From contig JADKEK010000010.1 in the NCBI GenBank assembly GCA_016718035.1, forward strand, positions 120,289 to 184,288: a DNA stretch of 64,000 nt, given 5' to 3'. Each line of letters begins with the position of its first letter. Within the stretch, counting starts at the first letter, position 1. The notes under the pieces are model-generated. The model did not search any database. It had not been told where the DNA came from and saw nothing but the letters and a program-made list of their open reading frames with translations. The DNA comes from Bacteroidota bacterium. Lineage in GTDB: Bacteria; Bacteroidota; Bacteroidia; Chitinophagales; BACL12. Shown one piece after another: positions 46,774 through 55,749 of the stretch. The position numbers were made by a program, and so were the translations under genes.

Positions 46774-47277
46774 TTATTGAATATTCAATTTTTTCTTAAC
46801 TAAAGGTAAAATATCATCACCTTCCGGAGCCATAATTAATACCGCTAATGAATTGTCAATTACATAAGTGTAACCGTTTTCTTTTGCTACAGTTTTAATT
46901 AATTCGGTTGTTGAAGTGATAATTGGTTGGAATAATTCCGCCTTTTTGGCTTCGATTTTTGTGTTAGATTCCTGCTCATATTGGGCAAGGCGTTGTTCTA
47001 AAGTGGCAGCATCCTGTAATTTTGCTTCACGAGCTACTTCGCTTAAAGTAGTATTATTGGTTAATTCAGCAGCCAAAGCCTGGTATTCAGCATAATAAGA
47101 TTGAAATTGTATTTCAAATTCTTTGGCATAAGCGGTTAATTTAGCATTGGCATCTTTTGCTTCAGGTAAAACTTGTAATAAGTCCTGAGAGTTGATATAG
47201 GCAATTTTACCCTGAGCTTGTGCAAAAACTGCAGTTGTAACAAACAAGGTAAATACCAACATTTTTAAGTGTTTCAT
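46774..47277 (-). CDS. OmpH/Skp-family periplasmic chaperone
   Basis: Signal peptide. KIAYINSQDLLQVLPEAKDA..., then a long coiled-coil region rich in Q/E/A/L. 167 aa. Confidence 0.8.
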   Translation of the reverse strand: MKHLKMLVFTLFVTTAVFAQAQGKIAYINSQDLLQVLPEAKDANAKLTAYAKEFEIQFQSYYAEYQALAAELTNNTTLSEVAREAKLQDAATLEQRLAQYEQESNTKIEAKKAELFQPIITSTTELIKTVAKENGYTYVIDNSLAVLIMAPEGDDILPLVKKKLNIQ

Positions 47278-47306
47278 ATATACTATTCTATTTTAAAGTT
47301 GAAGCG

Positions 47307-47314
47307 CAAAGATA
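47307..47314 (-). promoter_or_regulatory. Candidate -7 promoter box for the ompH-like gene
   Basis: The reverse complement reads TATCTTTG, 29 nt upstream of the start codon at 47277. Confidence 0.4.
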
Positions 47315-47337
47315 AGTAAATGGGTGATACCGCCAAA

Positions 47338-48300
47338 TCAACGGTCAGCCTTGCCCAAAGCAATCAACGCCATTAGCGGTAGCGGGAAATCGCCTTCAAT
47401 TACCCACTGTTTTGTTGGGTCAAAACTCCACATAGGCCTCAGATATGGTTCTTCAAAAATCCATTGCAGGTCAGGGTTGCTATCCCAAAACGGTTTTAAC
47501 ATATTATCCTTCCAAATCCATTGTTGCTCAACCCCCGCGTCCCAAAAGGGTTTCAGCGTTCCGCCATCCCAAATCCATTCCGTTTGAGGGTCAGCACTCC
47601 ATAACGGTTTTATATATTTTCCGTCAAATGACCATTCGTCGTCCGGGCGATAACCCCAAGCTGGTTTTAATACTTTGCCATCCCAAACCCATTCATAATA
47701 GGATAAATATTCGTTGGCAGGACGCATATAGGCCAATCCGCCGGAATTGTTATTTTGTGTTAAAGATGACATTATTACATTAACCTGATCATCTAACTGA
47801 TAATGTTTAATGTACATATGAGCAGCTGCCACAATTTGCACCTGATTGGTAAATCTACCTTCTATGGTCCCTATATGGTTGCCATCAATTCCGCTGAAAA
47901 CATGGTATAATGAATCGTTTTTAATTACAATTGACAACAAATCTTCGTTTTCTTCATCAAGTGGGTGATCACCTAAATAAAATATGCTGTTTCTGGTAAT
48001 GTATTGAATCGTTTTGCTGTCGTTTTGATATACCAGCCCCGTTTTTTTACTCAAAATGTCTTTTGCATTAACCAGAAATAAGAGTTGTTGGCGACTAGTG
48101 GTATCTCCCTGATAAATACTATTGCCTTGTAAAGTATAATCAATATTGGTTGGAGAAGTAAAAATCTGGTTTTCCGTAATTTTACCGATAATTGTGGTAG
48201 AGTCTATAAATAAATAGATATCCTCGTTTTGAGTAAAAACAGGTTGGTGAACAAAAAAGCTCACCATAAATAACAAAATAGAAAAGCGCACTTTTATCAA
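47338..48300 (-). CDS. Hypothetical protein with six C-terminal 19-aa Trp-rich tandem repeats
   Basis: A signal-like N-terminus is present if the TTG at 48300 is the start (MIKVRFSILLFMVSFFVHQPVFTQ). The repeats are listed under the repeat feature. I recognise no domain. Confidence 0.65.
   Translation of the reverse strand: MIKVRFSILLFMVSFFVHQPVFTQNEDIYLFIDSTTIIGKITENQIFTSPTNIDYTLQGNSIYQGDTTSRQQLLFLVNAKDILSKKTGLVYQNDSKTIQYITRNSIFYLGDHPLDEENEDLLSIVIKNDSLYHVFSGIDGNHIGTIEGRFTNQVQIVAAAHMYIKHYQLDDQVNVIMSSLTQNNNSGGLAYMRPANEYLSYYEWVWDGKVLKPAWGYRPDDEWSFDGKYIKPLWSADPQTEWIWDGGTLKPFWDAGVEQQWIWKDNMLKPFWDSNPDLQWIFEEPYLRPMWSFDPTKQWVIEGDFPLPLMALIALGKADR
47371..47694 (-). repeat. Coding tandem repeat, 57-nt (19-aa) period, six copies
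   Basis: EWVWDGKVLKPAWGYRPDD / EWSFDGKYIKPLWSADPQT / EWIWDGGTLKPFWDAGVEQ / QWIWKDNMLKPFWDSNPDL / QWIFEEPYLRPMWSFDPTK / QWVIEGDFPLPLMALIALG. The [EQ]W anchor falls at residues 203, 222, 241, 260, 279 and 298. Confidence 0.85.
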
Positions 48301-48305
48301 ATAAT

Positions 48306-49406
48306 ATGAATATTAAAGGTAAACATTATAAAACGATTTGGTTACATCCCAATAACGAAAATATTGTGCAAATTATTGACCAACGTTGGTTACCACATCA
48401 ATTAGTGATTGCCGATATTAAATCGGTAGACGAAATGTGCACGGCTATTAAAGATATGTGGGTGCGCGGTGCTCCTTTAATTGGTGCCGCTGCAGCCTGG
48501 GGTATGTATCTTGCTACTGTTGAAGTTCCAGCCAGTTGCGCACGTGATTTCTTTTTTGAAGAATGTTATGGAAAATTACTTAAAACTCGCCCCACAGCAG
48601 TCAATTTAAAATGGGCATTGGATGAAATGTTGAAATCCATTACCGGTAATGATTCAATTATTGAATCGCGTTGGTATGGTAAAACTCGTGCAGAATGGAT
48701 TAGTGCTGATGATATCAAAGTGAATGAACAAATAGGCAATTTAGGCGCACAATTAATTCAGGAAATTGCAGCGAAAAAAAATGGAGTAGTCAATATTTTA
48801 ACGCATTGTAATGCAGGTTGGTTGGCAACTGTTGACAGAGGTACTGCAACAGCACCAATTTATAAAGCAAAAGAATTAGGGTTGCCAATACATGTTTATG
48901 TTAGCGAAACCCGTCCGCGTAATCAAGGCGCGCAACTTACTGCCTGGGAATTATTGGAAAATGATATTCCTCATACTTTGATTGTTGACAATGCAGCGGG
49001 ACATTTAATGCAAAATAATTTAGTGGATATCGTTATTGTGGGCACCGACCGAACTTCACGCACAGGTGATGTTGCCAACAAAATTGGCACGTATTTAAAA
49101 GCACTTGCTGCCTTTGATAATAACATCCCTTTTTATGTAGCTGCACCATCTTCAAGTATTGATTTTAATATGCGAAATGCATTTAAAGAATTAATTATTG
49201 AAGAGCGCAATCCGGATGAAGTAAAATATGTGCAGGGATTGGAAAATAATCAGATTAAACAAGTATTAATTGCACCTGAAGCAACACCGGCAATTAATTA
49301 TGCTTTTGATATTACACCGGCAAAATTGATAACCGGATTAATTACCGAAAATGGAATTTGTGCCGCAAATGAAATTGGGATTACCGGACTGTTTCCCGGA
49401 AAATAA
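48306..49406 (+). CDS. mtnA: S-methyl-5-thioribose-1-phosphate isomerase
   Basis: IIDQRWLPHQLVIADIKSVDEMCTAIKDMWVRGAPLIGAAAAWGMYLA and THCNAGWLATVDRGTA...VSETRPRNQGAQLTAWEL are the MtnA/eIF-2B-family signatures. Confidence 0.85.
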   Translation: MNIKGKHYKTIWLHPNNENIVQIIDQRWLPHQLVIADIKSVDEMCTAIKDMWVRGAPLIGAAAAWGMYLATVEVPASCARDFFFEECYGKLLKTRPTAVNLKWALDEMLKSITGNDSIIESRWYGKTRAEWISADDIKVNEQIGNLGAQLIQEIAAKKNGVVNILTHCNAGWLATVDRGTATAPIYKAKELGLPIHVYVSETRPRNQGAQLTAWELLENDIPHTLIVDNAAGHLMQNNLVDIVIVGTDRTSRTGDVANKIGTYLKALAAFDNNIPFYVAAPSSSIDFNMRNAFKELIIEERNPDEVKYVQGLENNQIKQVLIAPEATPAINYAFDITPAKLITGLITENGICAANEIGITGLFPGK

Positions 49407-49709
49407 TTATCGCTCTACAATAGCGTTGATTTCAACCATTTCTCCAACCATACAAATACTTGCATATGACACAGGAGTATAGGCGATATCAATTTTTTTA
49501 CCATCAGCAGGAACTATATCAAAATCACCCAGATTGATTGGCTCAAGCCGCGTGCCATCAGTTAATTCAATTACCCAAATACAGCCATCCAAACCTCTAT
49601 AATCTCTAAAATAAGCAGTTTCAGTATCTGCTATAACTTCTTCATTGGTAGTATTACAGCCAATTACCATAACCAATAATACTGTAATTGCAACAAGCAA
49701 ATTTTTCAT
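49407..49709 (-). CDS. Small hypothetical lipoprotein
   Basis: The likely start is MKNLLVAITVLLVMVIGCN at 49709. About 100 aa with no recognised domain. Confidence 0.5.
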   Translation of the reverse strand: MKNLLVAITVLLVMVIGCNTTNEEVIADTETAYFRDYRGLDGCIWVIELTDGTRLEPINLGDFDIVPADGKKIDIAYTPVSYASICMVGEMVEINAIVER

Positions 49710-49842
49710 GGCTTTGTGTTTATCTAGTAAACGAAGATAATACATAAATAGTCTGCAAAAAAATGTAATAATTTTGTCAGGATTAACCGGCTGCCTCAAC
49801 CTTGGTTATCAGCCAATTGCATTTATTCCCCTACATTTGTAT

Positions 49843-50454
49843 ATGCCTTTACACGACGATGGATATGTGAAATATGCTTCACAATGGACAAAAACTGCCT
49901 TGCTAAAGGAAGATTTTGAGGAGTTGATTGTGTATAGAAATAAGCTGGCGGGTTTGAACTTAATTGGCATTTACCCTGACCAGATTGGATATGGCAATAT
50001 TAGTCAGCGAATTAAACAAACCACACAATTCATTATTTCCGGTACTCAGACAGGTCAGCACAAAATAGCGCTGCCAGAGCATTTTTGTAAAGTAACCGAT
50101 GTAAATATTGCTCAAAATAAATTGTTATGCGAAGGCCCTGTGCAAGCATCTTCTGAAGCAATGACACACGCGGCTATTTATTTAGCGGATACTAATGTGA
50201 ATACGGTAATACATATTCATCATCACGAATTGTGGCAACAATTAAAAAACATTGTCACAACTACTGATATCACCATCACTTATGGAACACCCGAAATGGC
50301 TAATGCTATGTTTGATGCTGTGAAGGCTATCGAAAAAAATAAATTACCGAAAATTATAATTACAGCAGGGCATCAGGAAGGCGTATTTACATTTGGTAGT
50401 AGTATGAAAGATGCCTATGAAACGCTGATGATGTTTTACCATGAACATCAATAG
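49843..50454 (+). CDS. Class II aldolase/adducin-family protein, a possible MtnB-like dehydratase
   Basis: YGNISQRI..FIISGTQTG...QASSEAMTHAAIY...NTVIHIHHHE matches the class II aldolase metal-binding layout. The likely start is MPLHDDGY at 49843. Confidence 0.6.
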   Translation: MPLHDDGYVKYASQWTKTALLKEDFEELIVYRNKLAGLNLIGIYPDQIGYGNISQRIKQTTQFIISGTQTGQHKIALPEHFCKVTDVNIAQNKLLCEGPVQASSEAMTHAAIYLADTNVNTVIHIHHHELWQQLKNIVTTTDITITYGTPEMANAMFDAVKAIEKNKLPKIIITAGHQEGVFTFGSSMKDAYETLMMFYHEHQ

Positions 50455-50456
50455 GT

Positions 50457-51287
50457 TTAGTCAACAAACAAAGGATAGTGCATGCCCGGAATAATTTTCT
50501 TTTCTGCAGCAACTTCATATAAAGCGCTAATTGCAGCTTTACCTTCTTCACCCAGATCAACACTAAAATCATTTACATATAATGCGATATGTTGTTGCAT
50601 AACCTGTTCATCCATTTCCTGCGCATGATCGCGAACATATTGCATGGTTTGGGCTGGATTAGCGAGGGCAAATTCAACACTTCGTTTTACTACGCGATTA
50701 ATTTTTAATTGTAATTCAGGTTCAAAATCTCTTCGTGTAACAATTCCGCCCAATGGAATGGGTAATTGATATTTTTTTTCCCACCATTCACCAAGGTCGA
50801 TGATTTTTTTTAATCCTTTATGAATATAGGTAAATCTGTTTTCGTGAATAATTAAACCGATATCAATGGCATCGTTGAGCAGCGCATTTTCTATTTCATT
50901 AAATACCATTTCTTTTTTAGTTGCGGCCTCTGGAAATGCTAATGTCATTAAAAAATTTGCTGTTGTTAATCGCCCCGGTATACCAATTAAACAAAATTCA
51001 ATTTTAGACCGTGGAATTTCATCTTTCGAAATCATTAATGGCCCACAACCTCTTCCCAGTGCAGATCCTGCCGTAAGTAACTGATACTGATTGCTCATAT
51101 ATGCAAAGGCATGATAACTCAATTTCGTAATATCGTATTTGCCATCCATTGCTTCGCGATTTAATGTTTCTACATCGCCGTGAATAATATCAAAGGTTAA
51201 ACCTTCGGTATCAATTTTTTGATGAGCAAGTGCATCGAAAATAAAGGTATCATTAGGGCAGGGAGAATAGGCTATACTGAGGTTCAT
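50457..51287 (-). CDS. mqnD: 1,4-dihydroxy-6-naphthoate synthase (futalosine pathway)
   Basis: MNLSIAYSPCPNDTFIFDALAHQKIDTEGLTFDIIHGDVETLN is the MqnA/MqnD-family opening, closest to MqnD as I remember it. It overlaps mqnB by 4 nt. Confidence 0.75.
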   Translation of the reverse strand: MNLSIAYSPCPNDTFIFDALAHQKIDTEGLTFDIIHGDVETLNREAMDGKYDITKLSYHAFAYMSNQYQLLTAGSALGRGCGPLMISKDEIPRSKIEFCLIGIPGRLTTANFLMTLAFPEAATKKEMVFNEIENALLNDAIDIGLIIHENRFTYIHKGLKKIIDLGEWWEKKYQLPIPLGGIVTRRDFEPELQLKINRVVKRSVEFALANPAQTMQYVRDHAQEMDEQVMQQHIALYVNDFSVDLGEEGKAAISALYEVAAEKKIIPGMHYPLFVD

Positions 51288-51961
51288 AAAATGCTATTGG
51301 AAATTATTTTTTGCAACGCGATATTTAATTGCTCAACAGCTAATGGAATATTCCAGTTCGCTTTATTGCGTTTTTCTACATAATTGGAAATACTGCGCAA
51401 TTGAAAACATGGCAAATGCATGTGCATACAACAAAAATAAAATGCGGCTCCTTCCATGCTTTCAATGTCGGGATGATATTTTGCTACCGTTTTAGCAATT
51501 GATTGTTCGTTGCCACTTGCCGTTTCTACTGTAATTGCTTGAACAAGTTTAAAATTCAAATTAAATGCTATGGCCGGAATGGAAGGTTCAAGACTTCCGT
51601 TTACAAATGGATAATTATTGGGCTGACTAAAGCCCAATTCAAACACATCCAAAAAAGTTTCGTTATCATCAGCTCCAAGTTGTGCAAACCTGTCGTTGGC
51701 AGCAATTACCACTTCACCTAAATTAATCTCCTTGTTAAAACTTCCCGCAATCCCCGCCTGAATAGCTAAATCGTAACGCCTAGTGGACAATAATCGCGTA
51801 ACATGAAAAGTTGCTGAAGCTATACCAACACCGGTTATGAGCACATCAACGGTTGAATCACCTTTTTGGAGCAACTGAAAAACCGAACCGGGCACGTATT
51901 TTGCCTCCCCTAGGATAGGTTGCAATTCAAGTTCGGTTGCTGCTACTAAAAGCAATTTCAT
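51284..51961 (-). CDS. mqnB: Futalosine hydrolase (nucleosidase family)
   Basis: MKLLLVAATELELQPIL...LITGVGIASATF...ESMEGAAFYFCC has the PNP/UDP-phosphorylase-fold nucleosidase layout, and the gene is coupled to mqnD. Confidence 0.7.
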   Translation of the reverse strand: MKLLLVAATELELQPILGEAKYVPGSVFQLLQKGDSTVDVLITGVGIASATFHVTRLLSTRRYDLAIQAGIAGSFNKEINLGEVVIAANDRFAQLGADDNETFLDVFELGFSQPNNYPFVNGSLEPSIPAIAFNLNFKLVQAITVETASGNEQSIAKTVAKYHPDIESMEGAAFYFCCMHMHLPCFQLRSISNYVEKRNKANWNIPLAVEQLNIALQKIISNSIL

Positions 51962-52056
51962 AACGCGAAGGTAGCCTAAATTTCACCTTACCGAAAAGGA
52001 ACCTGAACAAATGTTAATTAATTTTGTCACCTTTATACAGACTTTATAAGCACACA

Positions 52057-52611
52057 ATGAGAATAGGATTTATTATAAGCTTGGTTTTATTTGCCGGGTT
52101 ATTAAATGCCCAAACGGAGGCAATTTATTTTAAAGCAGACTCGCTTTTTACGTTTAAGGACAGCAGAGATGGTAAATCATATATGGCATTTGAAATTAAC
52201 GGTGTAGCGTGGATGGGTGAAAACCTGCGCCATAAAACAAGTGAGAGCTGGTGTTATGAAGATAAAAAGGCCAATTGTGAAGAATATGGTAGAATGTATA
52301 ACTGGCAGGAAGCACAAACTGCATGCCCAAAAGGCTGGCATATTCCAACCCGTGTTGAATGGGATAGTTTAATTACCTGGTTGGGAGGCGATAGAAAAGC
52401 GGGATATTCGTTAGCTTACAGTGACAGTTTGGGATTTAACATCAAATTTGGTTATCCGCCAAATGTAAATGGTAGATATAGCGATTCGAATGTGCAGGCT
52501 AGTTATTGGACCAGCGATGAAAATAGTGCTTCAACTGCTTGGGTATATTATTTCATCAAACAAAAATTACCTTATGCTTATACCAATTTCTTTTCCAAAA
52601 TTATGGTATGA
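52057..52611 (+). CDS. FISUMP-domain (Fibrobacter succinogenes major paralogous domain) secreted protein; 3' end truncated by a frameshift (true end about 52679)
   Basis: DSRDGKSYMAFEINGVAWMGENLR...YGRMYNWQEAQTACPKGWHIPTRVEWDSLITWLGG is the FISUMP signature. The expected terminal motif is encoded in the next frame as ...NYGMMCRCVQD (52599-52631). Confidence 0.8.
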   Translation: MRIGFIISLVLFAGLLNAQTEAIYFKADSLFTFKDSRDGKSYMAFEINGVAWMGENLRHKTSESWCYEDKKANCEEYGRMYNWQEAQTACPKGWHIPTRVEWDSLITWLGGDRKAGYSLAYSDSLGFNIKFGYPPNVNGRYSDSNVQASYWTSDENSASTAWVYYFIKQKLPYAYTNFFSKIMV

Positions 52612-52692
52612 TGTGCCGCTGCGTGCAAGATAGTGCTACAAAACCTGTTGATGAATCGGGAGTTTTAAAAGAGGACTAAGCAGATTTTAGGC

Positions 52693-52721
52693 AAAAAAAA
52701 ATCCGCTGAATTACAACGGAT
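52693..52721 (-). terminator. Rho-independent terminator of tRNA-Cys
   Basis: The minus strand reads atccgttg-taatt-cagcggat followed by tttttttt, starting 4 nt after the tRNA 3' end. Confidence 0.65.
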
Positions 52722-52724
52722 TTG

Positions 52725-52795
52725 AGGTCGGAAGCGGATTCGAACCGCTGTAGAAGCTTTTGCAGAGCCTTGCCTAGCCACTCGGCCATCCGACC
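52725..52795 (-). tRNA. tRNA-Cys (anticodon GCA), 71 nt, CCA not encoded
   Basis: The minus strand reads GGTCGGA-TG-GCC-GAGTGGCTA-GGC-A-AGGCT-CTGCAAA-AGCTT-CTAC-AGCGG-TTCGAAT-CCGCT-TCCGACC-T. This gives a 7-bp acceptor stem, a T-loop TTCGAAT, anticodon GCA and discriminator U. Confidence 0.9.
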
Positions 52796-52804
52796 ATTGA
52801 GGCG

Positions 52805-52812
52805 CAAAAATA
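52805..52812 (-). promoter_or_regulatory. Candidate -7 promoter box for tRNA-Cys
   Basis: The reverse complement reads TATTTTTG (TAnnTTTG), ending 9 nt upstream of the mature tRNA 5' end. Confidence 0.45.
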
Positions 52813-52837
52813 AAAACTTATTACATAACTCGCTAAT

Positions 52838-53200
52838 TTAAATTTTCGTTCCCACATCTTTTATTTCAATACACACCTTTTTAATGTCGCCACCAAGCGG
52901 TGGATTTAATTTACAAATACGGATAGTTATATTCCCCGAATTACCAATAAAATTGCGGGTGCCGAGCACAATTTGCCGCGCTGCGGTTTCGATAAGTTGA
53001 TATCTGCCCGCCATTACTTCACGGCAAATATTATATAAAACACCATAATCCAACGTTTCTGTTATTTGGTCATTTTGGCTGATGATGGCATCACTTTCAA
53101 CGGTTAAAGTCACCTCAAACCTGTTGCCATGTGCTTGTTCGAAATCGTGTAAACCGATATAACTCTTGAATAACATGTCCTCCAAAACAATTGTTGCCAT
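52838..53200 (-). CDS. folB: Dihydroneopterin aldolase
   Basis: IVLEDMLFKSYIGLHDFEQAHGNRFEVTLTV...LDYGVLYNI... has the FolB layout. The likely start is MATIVLED at 53200. Confidence 0.8.
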   Translation of the reverse strand: MATIVLEDMLFKSYIGLHDFEQAHGNRFEVTLTVESDAIISQNDQITETLDYGVLYNICREVMAGRYQLIETAARQIVLGTRNFIGNSGNITIRICKLNPPLGGDIKKVCIEIKDVGTKI

Positions 53201-53397
53201 CTTTTTTTTGCACAAAATTACAGATTATACGAGGTATAATGGTGTAATTGCTTGGTTACAATTTGCCGAAATGCAGATGTCCCAATGGTTGCAGGCGTTT
53301 GAGAAAATTGTGACATTGCTACATTGACCCACATTTTAACCAATAATTTTAGATTATTAACGTGTGGCGTTTATCGGTTTATCCAGCTAAAATGCCT

Positions 53398-53405
53398 TAA
53401 CTTTG
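53398..53405 (+). promoter_or_regulatory. Candidate -7 promoter box for gcdH
   Basis: TAACTTTG, 22 nt upstream of the ATG at 53428. Confidence 0.4.
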
Positions 53406-53427
53406 CGCAAAATTTAAACCGAATTAT

Positions 53428-54606
53428 ATGCCAAACGATCTTTTTGAAGGAGTAGACTATTTTCAGTTAGATGACTTACTTACTACAGAACATAAGCTTA
53501 TTCGTGATACTGTTCGCCAGTTTGTAAAACAGGAAATTTCACCAATTATTGAGGAGTATGCCCAAAAAGCAGAAACGCCTAAACACCTAATTAAAGGCCT
53601 CGCAGAAATTGGCGCTTTTGGACCAACTATTCCAGTTGAATACGGCGGAGGTGGCCTCGACAATATTGCGTATGGTTTAATAATGCAGGAAATTGAACGC
53701 GGCGACAGCGGTATCAGGTCGTTAGTGAGCGTGCAGGGAAGTTTGGTGATGTATCCTATTTATACATTTGGAAGTGAGGAACAACGCAGAAAATATTTAC
53801 CAAAATTGGGAAGTGGAGAAATGATTGGTTGCTTCGGATTAACGGAGCCGGACCATGGTTCTGACCCTGGTAGCATGATTACCAATATTAAAGATAAAGG
53901 TGACCATTACCTTTTGAACGGAGCTAAAATGTGGATTAGTAATTCGCCTTTTGCTGATATCGCGGTTGTTTGGGCAAAAGATGAAGAAGGCAAAATTCGC
54001 GGTCTTATCGTAGAACGTGGAATGGAAGGATTTTCAACCCCTGAAACCCACGGCAAATGGAGTTTACGTGCAAGTGCAACCGGTGAACTCGTGTTCGATA
54101 ATGTTAGAGTACCTAAAGAAAATATTTTCCCTGAAATTAAAGGTCTTCGCGGCCCATTAAGTTGTTTGTCTACTGCCCGTTACGGCATTAGCTGGGGTGC
54201 ATTAGGTGCTGCAATGGATTGTTACGATACTGCTTTGAGATATACGCAACAACGCAAACAATTTGGTAAACCAATTGCAGGTTTCCAATTACAGCAAAAG
54301 AAATTAGCAGAAATGATTACCGAAATTACCAAAGCGCAATTATTGGTTTGGCGATTAGGTGTACTGAAAAATGAAAATAAAGCTACCCCTGCTCAAATTT
54401 CAATGGCAAAACGTAACAACGTAGCCATGGCATTAGACGTTGCACGTGATGCGCGCCAAATGTTAGGTGGTATGGGTATCACCGGCGAATATTCAATTAT
54501 GCGTCACATGATGAATTTGGAAAGTGTAGTAACATACGAAGGAACACATGACATTCATTTATTAATTACCGGTGCAGATATTACCGGAATTGATGCATTT
54601 AAATAA
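53428..54606 (+). CDS. gcdH: Acyl-CoA dehydrogenase, glutaryl-CoA dehydrogenase type
   Basis: GCFGLTEPDHGSDPGSMITNIKDKGDHYLLNGAKMWISNSPFADIAVVWAK...IRGLIVERG and the C-terminal YEGTHDIHLLITG match the GCDH-type ACAD pattern. Confidence 0.8.
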   Translation: MPNDLFEGVDYFQLDDLLTTEHKLIRDTVRQFVKQEISPIIEEYAQKAETPKHLIKGLAEIGAFGPTIPVEYGGGGLDNIAYGLIMQEIERGDSGIRSLVSVQGSLVMYPIYTFGSEEQRRKYLPKLGSGEMIGCFGLTEPDHGSDPGSMITNIKDKGDHYLLNGAKMWISNSPFADIAVVWAKDEEGKIRGLIVERGMEGFSTPETHGKWSLRASATGELVFDNVRVPKENIFPEIKGLRGPLSCLSTARYGISWGALGAAMDCYDTALRYTQQRKQFGKPIAGFQLQQKKLAEMITEITKAQLLVWRLGVLKNENKATPAQISMAKRNNVAMALDVARDARQMLGGMGITGEYSIMRHMMNLESVVTYEGTHDIHLLITGADITGIDAFK

Positions 54607-54627
54607 AAATAAATAATCTCGTTATAA

Positions 54628-54662
54628 AACTGCAATGCCATTCGTATTGCAGTTTTTTTTTG
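54628..54662 (+). terminator. Rho-independent terminator of gcdH
   Basis: aactgcaat-gccattcgt-attgcagtt followed by ttttttttt. Confidence 0.7.
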
Positions 54663-54765
54663 TGGTGAATGAATTATTGATAGTGTTTCACTCATTTTTT
54701 CGATTAGGAAATGCAGGCTTTTTTCGTTATTTTTGAAAAAAGGCAAAAAAAAGGAGTAACAAATA

Positions 54766-55749
54766 ATGAATTCTTGGTGGAAGAATGTATTTATCAATAA
54801 TGTATTCATAGATTTAAAAAGAAAAGGCAAAACAGCAGCAACAGTTTCGCAATACGAATTAGCGAAACACGTTAAAGTGCTCACCATCACCGTTAGGCAA
54901 GTTGTAAAAAGTTTTTGGCTCATCACAATAGGCGTATTATGCGCAGGATTTGGTTTGCGCGGATTTTTATTACCCAGTGAATTTATTGATGGAGGAGCAG
55001 TTGGTATTTCATTATTAATTGCAGAAGTAACGCATTTACCATTAGCAGTTTTATTAATTGTGGTAAATATTCCTTTTGTTATTTTAGGATTTAATACGAT
55101 TGGTAAAGATTTCGCCATAAAAACAATTCTGGGCATAATTGCACTTGCATGTGCTGTCGCATTTATTAATTACCCGATTGTTACAGAAGATAAATTACTC
55201 GTAGCCATTTTTGGTGGATTTTTTCTTGGCGCAGGAATTGGTTTAGCGATGCGTGGTGGTGGAGTTATTGATGGCACGGAAGTGCTGGCAATTAATTTAA
55301 GCAAACGTATTGGAGGTAGTGTAGGTGATATTATTATGGTAATTAATATCATTATATTTTCTATTGCTGCGTATGTGCTATCCTTGGAGACTGCTATGTA
55401 TTCCATTTTAACTTATTTGGCTGCGTCCAAAACTGTTGATTTTATTTTAGATGGTATTGAAGAATATACTGGGGTAACAATTATTTCTCACAAGTCAGAA
55501 GAAATAAGAAATATGATTACCGGTAAATTAGGGAGAGGTGTTACTATTTTTAATGGTAAAAGGGGTTTCGGCACACATGGGCATAATCATCGTGATATTG
55601 ATATTGTTTATACGGTAATTACGCGTTTGGAAGTAAGTAAACTCAATGCTGAAATTGAAAAAATTGATAAATCTGCATTTATTGTCATGAGTAGTATCCG
55701 CGATACCAAAGGTGGTATGATTAAAAAGCGGGTGCATAAACATGAATAG
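54766..55749 (+). CDS. YitT-family membrane protein (DUF2179 C-terminal domain)
   Basis: GLRGFLLPSEFIDGGAVGISLLI, several TM helices, and the C-terminal GVTIFNGKRGFG...IDIVYTVITRLEVSKL...AFIVMSSIRDTKGG, as in YitT/DUF2179. The start codon is uncertain. Confidence 0.75.
   Translation: MNSWWKNVFINNVFIDLKRKGKTAATVSQYELAKHVKVLTITVRQVVKSFWLITIGVLCAGFGLRGFLLPSEFIDGGAVGISLLIAEVTHLPLAVLLIVVNIPFVILGFNTIGKDFAIKTILGIIALACAVAFINYPIVTEDKLLVAIFGGFFLGAGIGLAMRGGGVIDGTEVLAINLSKRIGGSVGDIIMVINIIIFSIAAYVLSLETAMYSILTYLAASKTVDFILDGIEEYTGVTIISHKSEEIRNMITGKLGRGVTIFNGKRGFGTHGHNHRDIDIVYTVITRLEVSKLNAEIEKIDKSAFIVMSSIRDTKGGMIKKRVHKHE

Noticed and set aside
47324-47783. Two plus-strand ORFs (47324..47587 and 47445..47783) with repetitive peptides
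   Set aside because: They are antisense translations of the 57-nt coding repeat of the Trp-rich protein. Their periodicity is inherited from the minus-strand gene.
54555-55136. A 193-aa minus-strand ORF spanning the gcdH end, the terminator and the yitT start
   Set aside because: It crosses a clear rho-independent terminator and overlaps two well-supported plus-strand genes. It has no recognisable motifs.
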